Source: Candidatus Latescibacterota bacterium (GTDB taxonomy: Bacteria > Latescibacterota > UBA2968 > UBA8231). From it: a stretch of 64,000 nt of DNA. Below the pieces are notes generated by a model. That model was not told the DNA's origin and searched no databases. It saw only the letters and a list, made by a program, of their open reading frames with translations. This document shows positions 31,000 through 40,373 of the stretch, piece after piece (position 1 is the stretch's first letter; the number at the start of each line of letters is the position of its first letter). The DNA lies in contig CBDCXV010000010.1 of the NCBI GenBank assembly GCA_965223905.1, positions 544,001 to 608,000 on the forward strand, read 5' to 3'. The translations under genes and the position numbers were made by a program.

Positions 31000-33189
31000 C
31001 TGTCCTGAAGCTACCGGTCCTGGGCGCGGAATCCGCGGCCGCGACGATGGCCTCCTCCTCCGTCAGGCCGATTTCGATCCAGCGAAAGTAGCTCCCGTAG
31101 CGCTCGGGATCGGCCTTGAACGAGTCCGAGGCCGCCGCGGCCGTGAACGACAGGGTGCTGTCCGACGCCAGGCCGACGGTGTCGAAGTCGGTAGCCTCGG
31201 TGTTCGGGCCCGGCCGCACCGTCACCTTTACCTTCACGGCCCCAGCCGCTTCTTCCGGCGCCGGCGACATGGTCACCCTCACCGTCGCGGTGTCGCCGTC
31301 TTCCGTCGCCACGTACGACGCGGCGCTGTAGGAGACGGTCCGCACCGGCGGTGCCCGCACCGGGCCGGTCGGGGGGCGCTCTCGGCCCGCTGCGAACCGT
31401 GGACGTCGGTGTAGCTGGCCCCGGGCCGAAGCACGTAGCCCACGTCCGAGTCGGGCGGCGTGTAGGCGCCGGACGCACCGGGCGAGCCCCGGTTCAACCA
31501 GGAGACCGGCTCCGTGTTGCTCGCCTGCCACTGCCACAGGGTACCGCGCACGCCGCGGTCCGGGTCGCTCAAGGTCGCCGTCAGTTCCGTGCCCGCCTGC
31601 GGCGACCGCGACGACAGGAGCACCTCGCCGGCCTCCGACGAGTCGGTCACCGTCACACGGACCTCGACCGGGGTCGACGACTGCGACCCGTCGTGACTCT
31701 CCAGGCTCACCACGTAGACGTTGTCCCCGGCCATGACACCGGCCGCCGCGTCGGCCACGTCGGCCGGCTGCTCGTAGTCCGGCGGGGTCACGAAATACAG
31801 CGTGTCCCCCCCGGCCCGGAAGGCGGTCGCATCCGCGCGCCCCAACTGCAACGTCAGACCCGGTGCCGGCAGCGTATACGTGGCCACCGAATCCGTGCGG
31901 TTCTCCGCATACGACACCGACGTCGGGCCCGACGGGGGCCGCGGAGGGGCGGTCATCGATTCCACCAACGTCACCTGAGCGCTCGACGGCGTGCCCGCTC
32001 CTATCCCCAGCCCCGACAGGGAACCGAAGCCCAGCGACACCGTCTCGTCGTCCCCGTCGCTGTCCTCATTGGCCGTGAGCGTAAACGACCCGGTCATGTC
32101 CCCAAAGGCGAACGGCAGCCGCTGGATCCCGGCCTCTGCCGTCAGACCCTCCACCGTGAAATCGCCCGCCTCCGTGCCCGCATCCGACGTCACCGTAACC
32201 GGAAGCGCCACCGCCCGGGTCGCCTTGGCCGACAAGGCCACCTCCACCGACACCGGCGCCCCCCCTTCCTGCGCCTCGTAGCTCGACGCCCCAAAGGCCA
32301 CCTGAGGCTGCACCGGCGTCACCAACACCGGATCCGTTAACACACCCTCCGCCGCGGCGGACTTCGCCCGCACCCTGAACAGATATTCCACCCCGTTCGT
32401 CAGGTCTTCTACCCGGATATACCGGATCCTTCGTCCCTCATACTCGAGACTGTCCACGTCTCCGTCGGCCACCTTGGTCCATTCCATCTTGGCCGGCCTC
32501 TTCCTTTTCCCGTAGCGCCAATGGGTAATGCTGGCATCGGCGGAAGCGTCCCATAGCAGCAGCACCGCCTCATGGTCCGGCCACACCTCGAAACCCGTCG
32601 GCGGCGGCAACATCACCCCACGGGTCGGCTCACTCTGAACAAATCGGGAATAGCTGCCCGCATCCGGCACATAGCGCACCATCGCCCGCAACTGACGACC
32701 CAGATCCGCCCGCAACGGCGTGTAGCTGGCCGACTGCGACGAGCCCGACAGATCCGACCAGGGCGCACTGTCGCTGTCATTCCGGCCCTGCCACTGCCAG
32801 CTCCCAGCGCTCACCCCCTCCAGCGAAGCCGTCAGTGCAACCCCCGGCTGCGGCCTCTTGGTGCTCAACGACACCTCCTCATCGCAGTTGCTCAACGTGG
32901 TGTTCGTCATCGTCACCGTGCCCGACGTATGGGCCTGCACACAGCCACCCCCGTCCCGGATCGTGGCGCCGCTCAGATCGGCGCTGCCCCCGCTTTCCAC
33001 CCGGATGCCCGACCAATCGGAGGGGGACGGGGAAACAGCATTGCTTGACCGGAAGGTGACCCCCGTGCCCGCGCCAAGCGTCCCGGCCACGATCAGCGCC
33101 CCCGGGCTGAACGACACCTCCGTTCCCGAACCCAGGCTCAACGTCACCCCCGAAGGGATCGTCACCTCCCCGTCCACACAGACCGCGGA
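31000..33189 (-). pseudogene. Internal fragment of a large surface protein (beta-helix-like, FN3, Calx-beta-like and cadherin-like domains)
   Basis: VTIPSGVTLSL...SDWSGI; LTNGVEYLFRVRA (FN3); VAFGASSYEAQEG...DGDDETVSL (Calx-beta-like); VSYAEN...PDYE...DNVYVV (cadherin-like); frameshift near 31360; no start. Confidence 0.8.
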
Positions 33190-33210
33190 GTATAGAAAAA
33201 AATTAGGCAC
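33190..33210 (-). mobile_element. Short oriIS-like remnant of an IS91-family element
   Basis: GTGCCTAATTTTTTTCTATAC versus GTGCCTCATTTTTCCTATAC in copies B-D; sits exactly between two truncated genes. Confidence 0.6.
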
Positions 33211-33219
33211 ATATCGGTA

Positions 33220-33932
33220 CTATTCCAGGACGAAGCCCTCGTTCTCCCAGACGCCGAGGTAGTACTGGGCTCCCCGCTTGTGGATGGCGAACAGCAGCAT
33301 CCGCTTGTCCCCGATCGCGAAGAAGTCGGGAACCGCGCAGTCCGACTCCCTGCCGCCGGTGTAAAGCGGGTGCAGGTACTCCCAATCCAGCAGGTCGCCC
33401 GACCGGAACAGGAAGGCGGTGTCCGCCCCCTCCAGGCTGCCCCCGGCCAGCGAGTAGAAGCGATCCCCCTCCTTCCACAGGCAGGGGTCGAACGGCTTCC
33501 ACTCCTTCCCCTCGGGGGGATGGGGTATCACCGGGTTCGCCGGGTGCTTGCGCCATTCGACGAGGGAGTCGTCGCTCTCGGCGAGGCAGTTCCCGCCGGG
33601 ATGCCCGTAGTAGATCAGGGTTGGCACGCCGTCGTGTCGAATGCTCCGCCCCTCCAGCACCCGGCCGCGTCGCAACCGCCCGGTGTCGGCGCAAGGGCGA
33701 TCCGCAGGTCGCGCCAGTGCACGAGGTCCTCGCTGACTGCGTGGCCCCAGTGCATCAGCCGCGAGCTGTCGAAGGCGCCGTACGGGTTGTACTGGTAGAA
33801 CAGGTGATAGGACCCCTTCCACCAGATGGTGCCGTTGGGATCCCCCAGGAAGTTGGAAGGCGCCAGGAAGTGGTAGAGCGGGCGGTGGCGGTCCGCGGCC
33901 AGCTCCTCCCGCCAGAGGTCGAAAGCGCTCAT
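33220..33932 (-). pseudogene. GH32 (sucrose-6-phosphate hydrolase-like) N-terminal fragment, frameshifted and 3'-truncated
   Basis: RPLYHF...DPNG...YHLFYQYNP...[13 protein letters not shown]; FDP; frame change near 33640. Confidence 0.85.
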
Positions 33933-34792
33933 TTCAGGCCCCAGATCCGGGCGGCGTTTTCCCCCAGCATTCCGGAGCGTTCCTCCGGGCTGAGGAAGTC
34001 GAACGCCTCCTCGACGATGCGCAGCTCTTCGGCCAGGGTCGGCCAGCCGTGCTTGACGCGGTGATACCCGGGAAAGCCGGTGCCCCAGAGAATGCGGTCG
34101 GCGCCGAAGGCCTCCACCGTCCTGCGGACCACCGGCAGCATGTCGGCGTGCGGGAACTCCTGCTGCGAGCGGCTGTGCACGTCGGAGATCTTGATGCCGA
34201 CGTTGGGGTGGACGGCCAGGGCCAGGACCGGGTCGTACGGCGCCCAGTTCTCCTCAGCCCACTGCGGCTGCGGGTACATCATGTGATCGATAAGCCAGGT
34301 GATCTGCGGCCAGCGGGAGGCGGCGCAGTCGAGCTGATCGGCGTGCTCCGGGAAGGCGTGGATCTGGACGATGCCGCGGCGCTCCGCGATAGCCGCGAAC
34401 ATCTCCTCGTTCTCCGGCCGCGTCAGGATGCTGCCCTCGGCCGGGTCGTCGGTCCGGTAGTACATCGGGTGAAAGCGGAAGCCGGCGAGCCCGCGTTCGT
34501 CCATCCACCAGGCCGCGGTCTCGGCGTTGTCGGGGGCCAGGGGATCTACGAGGCCGTGGACGACGAAGCGGTCGGGGTACTTGCGGGCGCTGTCGGCGAG
34601 GTAGCCGTTGTCCCAGGTCGAGAAGGAGGTCTGCACGAGGACGGTCCAGTCGACGCCGTTGGCGTCCATGTCCTCGAGCAGCAGCTCCGCGGTGGCCGGC
34701 TCGTCCGGCAGGCTCGACCAGCGCGGGGCCGTCGGGCCCACCGGGGCCGTGGGGGGGATCTCCCAGATGTGCACGTGCGTATCGACGATCAT
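33929..34792 (-). CDS. Amidohydrolase family 2 protein
   Basis: [29 protein letters not shown]. Confidence 0.9.
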   Translation of the reverse strand: MIVDTHVHIWEIPPTAPVGPTAPRWSSLPDEPATAELLLEDMDANGVDWTVLVQTSFSTWDNGYLADSARKYPDRFVVHGLVDPLAPDNAETAAWWMDERGLAGFRFHPMYYRTDDPAEGSILTRPENEEMFAAIAERRGIVQIHAFPEHADQLDCAASRWPQITWLIDHMMYPQPQWAEENWAPYDPVLALAVHPNVGIKISDVHSRSQQEFPHADMLPVVRRTVEAFGADRILWGTGFPGYHRVKHGWPTLAEELRIVEEAFDFLSPEERSGMLGENAARIWGLK

Positions 34793-35048
34793 CCGTCACC
34801 TCCGTCGGTTCGTTAGAGAATCGGGCAAGGGCAGGACGCCCCGCCCGCGGGGGAATGATACGGCCCGGTTCGCCGCCGAGGTCAAGAAGCGCCCCTCATG
34901 GGCGCCGCTTGACCCTGCCCGGGAAAACCCCTTTATCGGCTGACCTCATGGAACGCGCCGAATCGCTGCAACGCGGGAGCGCCCCCTCTTGCGCCCCACG
35001 CAGATGAAAGCCCGGCGCGGCAAAGGCTGAAAAACCGGGAGCAGGCAG

Positions 35049-36161
35049 ATGCGGATCGACAGGCTGGACGTGTACTACGCGGTGATGCCCCTGATCTATC
35101 CATGGCGCACCGCTTACGGCGAGGACGCCGACATCCACTCGGTGCTCGTCGAGCTGACCAGCGGCGAGCACACCGCCTGGTCGGAGAGCACCCCCTTCTT
35201 CGCGCCGACCTATCTCAACGAGAGCGCCGGTTCGGTCTTCTACCACGTCTCCGAGGTGATGGGGCCGTGGGTGGCCGGGCGCGAGTTCGACACGGCCGCC
35301 GACCTCAACCAGCGGCTGGCGATCTTCAAGGGGAACAGCTTCGCCAAGGCGGCCATCGAGATCGGCTGGTGGACGCTGCAGAGCCAGATCACCGGGACCC
35401 CCCTGCACCGGCTGCTCGGCGGACAGACGCGGGACGTGGCCGCCGGCGCCGACTTCGGCATCCAGGACTCCTACGACATGCTGTTGGGAAACATTCAGAA
35501 GGCCGTCGACGCCGGCTTCCCGCGCATCAAGCTGAAAGCGGCCCCGGGCTGGGACCTCGAGATGCTGCAGATCGTCACCTCCACCTTCCCGGACATGACC
35601 TTCCACATCGACTGCAACTCGGGGTACAGCCTCGACGACCTCCCCTTCTTCAAGGCCATCGACGGCATGGGGCTCGCCTTCATCGAGCAGCCCCTGCATT
35701 TCAACGACCTTCTCGATCACGCCGAGCTCGCCAAGCGGATCGGCACCCCGATCTGCCTCGACGAGACCATCGTCGACGCGCGCGCCGCGGAGCAGGCGAT
35801 CCGCATCGGGGCCTGCCGCTACATCAACATCAAGCCGGGAAGGATCGGCGGCCTGGCCAACGCGGTGGCCGTGCACGACATGGCCCGGGACGCCGGCATT
35901 CCGGTCTGGGTCGGCGGCATGCTGGAAAGCGCCCTCGGGGGCTCGATCTGCGTCGAGCTGGCGACCCTGGAGAACTTCACCTACCCGGGGGACCTGTTCC
36001 CTTCCTCCCGCTTCTACCGACGCGACCTTTCGCAGCCGGCGATGGAGCTCGCAGAGGGCTGCGTCTTCAAGCCGTTCACCGAAGGCCTGCCGGCCCCCGA
36101 CCCGGAGTTGCTCGCCGAGCGCACCCTGCGCCGCAGGACGGTTACCCCGGACTCATCATGA
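35049..36161 (+). CDS. menC: o-Succinylbenzoate synthase / N-succinylamino acid racemase (enolase superfamily)
   Basis: RIKLK, DCN, IEQP, LDET, INIKPGRIGGL, WVGGMLES, PGDL. Confidence 0.85.
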   Translation: MRIDRLDVYYAVMPLIYPWRTAYGEDADIHSVLVELTSGEHTAWSESTPFFAPTYLNESAGSVFYHVSEVMGPWVAGREFDTAADLNQRLAIFKGNSFAKAAIEIGWWTLQSQITGTPLHRLLGGQTRDVAAGADFGIQDSYDMLLGNIQKAVDAGFPRIKLKAAPGWDLEMLQIVTSTFPDMTFHIDCNSGYSLDDLPFFKAIDGMGLAFIEQPLHFNDLLDHAELAKRIGTPICLDETIVDARAAEQAIRIGACRYINIKPGRIGGLANAVAVHDMARDAGIPVWVGGMLESALGGSICVELATLENFTYPGDLFPSSRFYRRDLSQPAMELAEGCVFKPFTEGLPAPDPELLAERTLRRRTVTPDSS

Positions 36162-37296
36162 TCCGCTGGTACACGTCGACCGCCTGAATCACCTGCCGGC
36201 ACTCGATCCACTCGACGGCGCCGTGGGCCTGGTCGATGCTGCCCGGCCCGAGGATGATGGTCGGCACCCCGCGGTCGGCGAACGGACTGCCGTCGGTGGC
36301 GTACGGCACCCCGGCGATCTCCGCCTCACCCAGGACCTCGCGGCAGGCGGCGACGGCGCTCTGCACGACCTCGGCATCTTCGCCGGTACCCAGGGCGCCC
36401 AGGGTGATGTAGGGTTCCTCGAGGACGGCGTCGATTCCCTCCACCTCCGCGATCGTCTCGGCGAACTGCGCCGTCACCTCCTCCGCGGTCTGCCCCGGTA
36501 TGGTGCGCACGTCGACCTCGATGCGGCAGCTGTCCGGCACGAAGTTGACCTGCATGCCCCCCTCGATGACGCCGACGTTCATGGTCGGGCTGCCGAGCAG
36601 CGGATCGCTCCGGGAGGCGTAGTCGGCGCCGATCACCTCCTCGAGGCGGGTGACCAGCCGCGCCATACCCGAGATGGCGTTGACCCCGAGCCAGGGCTTG
36701 GCGCTGTGAGCGGCCTTGCCGTTGACGGCGACGTGGAAGCGGACCACCCCCTTGTGGCCGCGGATCACCGCGAGGTCGGTCGGCTCGGCGATGACCGCGG
36801 CCTCGACCTCGATGCGTCCGGCGAGGTGGCGCGCCCCCCTCATCAGGTACTCCTCGTCGACCGAGCCGGCGTAGAGGATGGTGCGCGGCGGCTTCTGCCC
36901 CGATTCGACCAGGCGCAACATGGCGTGCATCATGGCGACGCCCCCGGCCTTGGTGTCCGCGGAGCCGCGTCCGTACATCAGGCCGTCGCGGATGTGCGGC
37001 TCGAACGGGGGAATCGACATCACCTCGACGGAAGCGGTGTCCATGTGGCACTCGAACAGCAGCGCCCGGTCCGGGTCTTCACCCTCGAGCCGGGCGACGA
37101 GGTTGCGGCGGCCCGGCAACGCCTCCGACAGCTCGAACGGCAACCCGATGCCGTCGAAGAAGCCGGACAGGTACTCGACCATGCCCGTTTCCCCGTCCCC
37201 GCCCCCTGGCAGCGCGGGGTTCACGCTTTCTATCGCCACCACGTCCTGCAGCGTGGCGAGAACCTCGTTGTCGCTTCGCTCCCAACTCTCTGTCAT
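36142..37296 (-). CDS. M20 family (ArgE/DapE-like) metallohydrolase
   Basis: HMDT, GRGSADTK, DEE, EPT, GKAAHS, GPGSIDQAH. Confidence 0.92.
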   Translation of the reverse strand: MTESWERSDNEVLATLQDVVAIESVNPALPGGGDGETGMVEYLSGFFDGIGLPFELSEALPGRRNLVARLEGEDPDRALLFECHMDTASVEVMSIPPFEPHIRDGLMYGRGSADTKAGGVAMMHAMLRLVESGQKPPRTILYAGSVDEEYLMRGARHLAGRIEVEAAVIAEPTDLAVIRGHKGVVRFHVAVNGKAAHSAKPWLGVNAISGMARLVTRLEEVIGADYASRSDPLLGSPTMNVGVIEGGMQVNFVPDSCRIEVDVRTIPGQTAEEVTAQFAETIAEVEGIDAVLEEPYITLGALGTGEDAEVVQSAVAACREVLGEAEIAGVPYATDGSPFADRGVPTIILGPGSIDQAHGAVEWIECRQVIQAVDVYQRIMMSPG

Positions 37297-37301
37297 GTCG
37301 G

Positions 37302-38111
37302 CTATCCCTTTCGGCTGTCCTTTCCCGCCTCGCTGACGCGCGGCATCAGCAGCTTGCGATTGCGCGCCAGCGGCAGTCCGGCGAAGGCGCAGCGGTTGTT
37401 CCAGCGGTCTATCGTCTCCGCGGTCTTGTACTCGTTGATGATGGCGTTGCGGCTCGTCGAGGTGTTGTTGTTTCCGGCCCGGTGCACCGCCAGGACGTGG
37501 ATGATCGCCACGTCCCCGGGTTGCGCCCGGATGACCGCGCGGCTCTCCTCCGGCACCTCTTCCTGCACCAGGGTCGGCCCGCCTTCCGCGGTCGGCAGGA
37601 AGCCGTCGAGATGGCTACCCGGAATCACCTCGGTGGCCCCGGCCCCCGCGTCGGTCGCGTCGAGGTAGGTGATCGCCGCGGCGAGGTCGGGCTCGGTATG
37701 CAGCTCGTACGGCCAGTCCTGGTGCCAGCCCTGGGTGTTGGTGAATCCCGGCGGCTTGTTGCGGATCTTGCCGTTGTGGAAATCGAGGTTCGGCCCGAGC
37801 AGGTCGACCATTACCGACACGATCCGCGGCTCGGTGAACTGGTCGAACCAGTAGTCTCCGGCCAGGGTCTGGTCCATCATGCCGACGACGTTCTTCGGGT
37901 TGAACCGGTCGGGAGGGTACCCGGCGACCGGCTCCATGAAGGAGTAGCGCAAGTTCCGCGGCCGCCCGTCTGTGTCGGTGACCAGCTCGTGGTACTGCCG
38001 CCGCATCTCCCCCATCTCCGCGGTTCCGTAGAAGCCGGGCAGCAGCAGGTACCCGTTGTCGTCGAAGAACCGCTTCTGTCCTGGCTCGAGAATCAGCAGG
38101 TCCTCATCCAT
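37302..38111 (-). CDS. PhyH-family dioxygenase
   Basis: FFDDNGYL, WHQDW, VIPGSH, PGDV...VHRAG. Confidence 0.9.
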   Translation of the reverse strand: MDEDLLILEPGQKRFFDDNGYLLLPGFYGTAEMGEMRRQYHELVTDTDGRPRNLRYSFMEPVAGYPPDRFNPKNVVGMMDQTLAGDYWFDQFTEPRIVSVMVDLLGPNLDFHNGKIRNKPPGFTNTQGWHQDWPYELHTEPDLAAAITYLDATDAGAGATEVIPGSHLDGFLPTAEGGPTLVQEEVPEESRAVIRAQPGDVAIIHVLAVHRAGNNNTSTSRNAIINEYKTAETIDRWNNRCAFAGLPLARNRKLLMPRVSEAGKDSRKG

Positions 38112-38187
38112 TCCGGTCTCCTGTGGCCGGCGGCGCAAGCGGCGGTTTCGCGAATTGATGTGGCCCCGTCATTTGTGAACCGCCCTG

Positions 38188-38433
38188 CCCCTCGGTTTGA
38201 ACTACCAAGAAATCCTTGGTAGTTGCCTCTGCCTCCAACTCCCCACTGGAGAATACGTTACGCAAGTGCATCTGGACGTTCTCGGGAGTGGTGTCGAAAA
38301 CTTGCGCCATCTGCCGTTGGGTCAGCCAAACGGTTTCTTGGCCAAGGCGGACATCCACACGCACTTCGCCATCCGGTGTTTCGTAGACGGCGATCTCGCC
38401 GTCAGGACGGGTTGCGGGCGTTTCGCTGCTCAT
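38188..38433 (-). pseudogene. RhuM / Fic-associated N-terminal fragment
   Basis: VRLGQETVWLTQRQMAQVF...HLRNVFSSGEL...TTKDFLVVQTEG, then truncated. Confidence 0.8.
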
Positions 38434-38710
38434 CTCATTGAACCCGGTGCGAATCGGTCACGGACACACCCAGTGCTCCACCGGTTTCGACAGGAACTCA
38501 TCGACCTCGATACCGTCGCCGCCGACAAGCAGTCCGCGCTCCGGCACTTCATCGCAGCAGCGGGTTCCCTGGCTTGTCGAGGCTTTGGCAGCAGAGGGGT
38601 GGATGGCCGCCTGGACGAACCGGTCAGCGGTTGCGACCCCCGGCGGGTTCCCGGAATGATGGACCCGGGATGGGTGCTCGTGAGGTTATGGTCTATCGTT
38701 CAGCTCCGAC

Positions 38711-38981
38711 TCAATTCAGCGGTGCAATCTTTCCTGGAGATTTGAGCTGCTTCGCGCGATTCCAGGCTTCTCGCAGCTCTTCTTGATGCATGGAAGCCCA
38801 CTCTGCCACCAGCCCAAGCGCCCTTGGAGAAAGATGCCCATGCAATACGGCCAAATAATCGATTCCGACCACAGCCTCTTCTTCACCATACGTCGCGTGA
38901 CGTCGCGTGGAAATGAGGAGGTGCATGGTCATCGAAATACATCCGGATAACGATTCCATAGAATCGGGAGATTTCAGGCAT
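38711..38981 (-). pseudogene. DUF4160-family toxin frameshifted by a 10-bp tandem duplication
   Basis: MPEISRFYGIVIRMYFDDHAPPHFHA-TYGEEEA...LVAEWASMHQEELREAW; acgtcgcgtg x2 at 38890-38909. Confidence 0.88.
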
Positions 38982-39258
38982 CTTCCAGCAGAGCCCATGC
39001 CCCAAACATCACTTTTTCAACGGACTTGCCGGTCAGTTGCATATACAGGGCATCGGGACACAGTTCGATTTCCTGTCCCCAGGCGATCCCTCCGGCAGGA
39101 CCTATGTGGACGGCCTCGAAGCAGGCGCGGTCGTTCCAGGCTTCGAATACACCCCGTCCAGCAAGATGAGATAGGTCCAGCTCTCCGGCGGCGCCGTCTG
39201 AGTAGCGTAGCCAGATTCGGTAGCCATCTCGTGCCTCTGCTTCTGTCGGTCTAATCAC
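38974..39258 (-). CDS. DUF2442-family antitoxin
   Basis: GGAGG RBS; YRIWLRYSDG...GGIAW...LCPDALY. Confidence 0.85.
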   Translation of the reverse strand: MIRPTEAEARDGYRIWLRYSDGAAGELDLSHLAGRGVFEAWNDRACFEAVHIGPAGGIAWGQEIELCPDALYMQLTGKSVEKVMFGAWALLEDA

Positions 39259-39535
39259 ATCTCTCCTCCACTCAGTTCTGATGGAACATCCCGGAGACCT
39301 GCTTTCAATCCGGCCCATCGGCTTGATCGCATCGGTATTTTTTGGCCGGAATCAGGTCCAATTGACCTGCCCGAGGAACGGGGTGGGTTCTCCAACGTCG
39401 TCTCCATATCATTCCTTCAATGATAACCAATCACCTTCACCGGTCCCCGGGGCGGAAGAAAACGCGCCGTCCCTCGGACGATCCGCCGGCCTTGGAGGCC
39501 TGCATCACAGCCATCCCGGATATCGAGACGGGCGA

Positions 39536-40297
39536 GTGCGATCAAGCAGAATCAGAACCCCTGGGCTAACCAGCGCGGGAATCCGCGGCCGTAAGGCCCG
39601 ACCCGGAACGCGGGCGCCACGGAGGTTCCTCTCCCTCGGGCTCCTCGCCCTCTGCGCCCTGGTCGCGGCTTTCCCCTGCCTTGCGGATACCGGCAACACC
39701 GCCGCCGCATCCGGCGACAGCGCGCGCACTATCCTCTTCTTCGGCGACAGCCTGACCTCGGGGTACGGCCTCGGGCGCGAGCAAGCCTACCCGGCCCTCG
39801 TGCAGGCCCGCATCGACTCGCTGGGGTGGGACTTCCGCGTCGTCAACGCCGGCCTCGACGGCGAGACCAGCGCCGCGGGGCTGCGCCGCGTCGACTGGGT
39901 CCTGCGCGGGCCGGTCGACGTCTTCGTCCTCGAACTGGGGGGCAACGACGGGCTGCGCGGTCTGCCGCTGCAGCAGACCGAGAGCAACCTCGCCGCCATT
40001 CTGGAGCGGGCGCGGGAGAAGAACCCCGGGGTCGAGCTGGTGATCGCCGGCATGCAGCTTCCCCCCAACCTCGGACCGGACTACACCGGCCGCTTCCGCG
40101 ACATCTTCCCCCGTCTGGCGAAGCAGAGCGGGGCCCTGCTGATCCCGTTTCTTCTCGAAGGGGTGGGCGGAGACCCGGAGCTGATGTCGGCCGACGGCAT
40201 CCATCCGAACGCGGCCGGACACGCCCGCGTCGCCGCGGTGGTGTGGGCTTCCCTCGAACCGCTGCTGCGCCGCCTGGCGGGAGAGTCGAACGAGTAG
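39536..40297 (+). CDS. tesA: TesA-like SGNH/GDSL arylesterase (start uncertain)
   Basis: FGDSLTSGYG, NAGLDGET, ELGGNDGLRG, DGIHPN. Confidence 0.9.
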   Translation: MRSSRIRTPGLTSAGIRGRKARPGTRAPRRFLSLGLLALCALVAAFPCLADTGNTAAASGDSARTILFFGDSLTSGYGLGREQAYPALVQARIDSLGWDFRVVNAGLDGETSAAGLRRVDWVLRGPVDVFVLELGGNDGLRGLPLQQTESNLAAILERAREKNPGVELVIAGMQLPPNLGPDYTGRFRDIFPRLAKQSGALLIPFLLEGVGGDPELMSADGIHPNAAGHARVAAVVWASLEPLLRRLAGESNE

Positions 40298-40373
40298 TCC
40301 GCGCGCCCATGCCATGGGTGAAAATCACCCACGCCGTGGGTCGTTTGCACCACCGATACAGGGTCGAAGTCGG

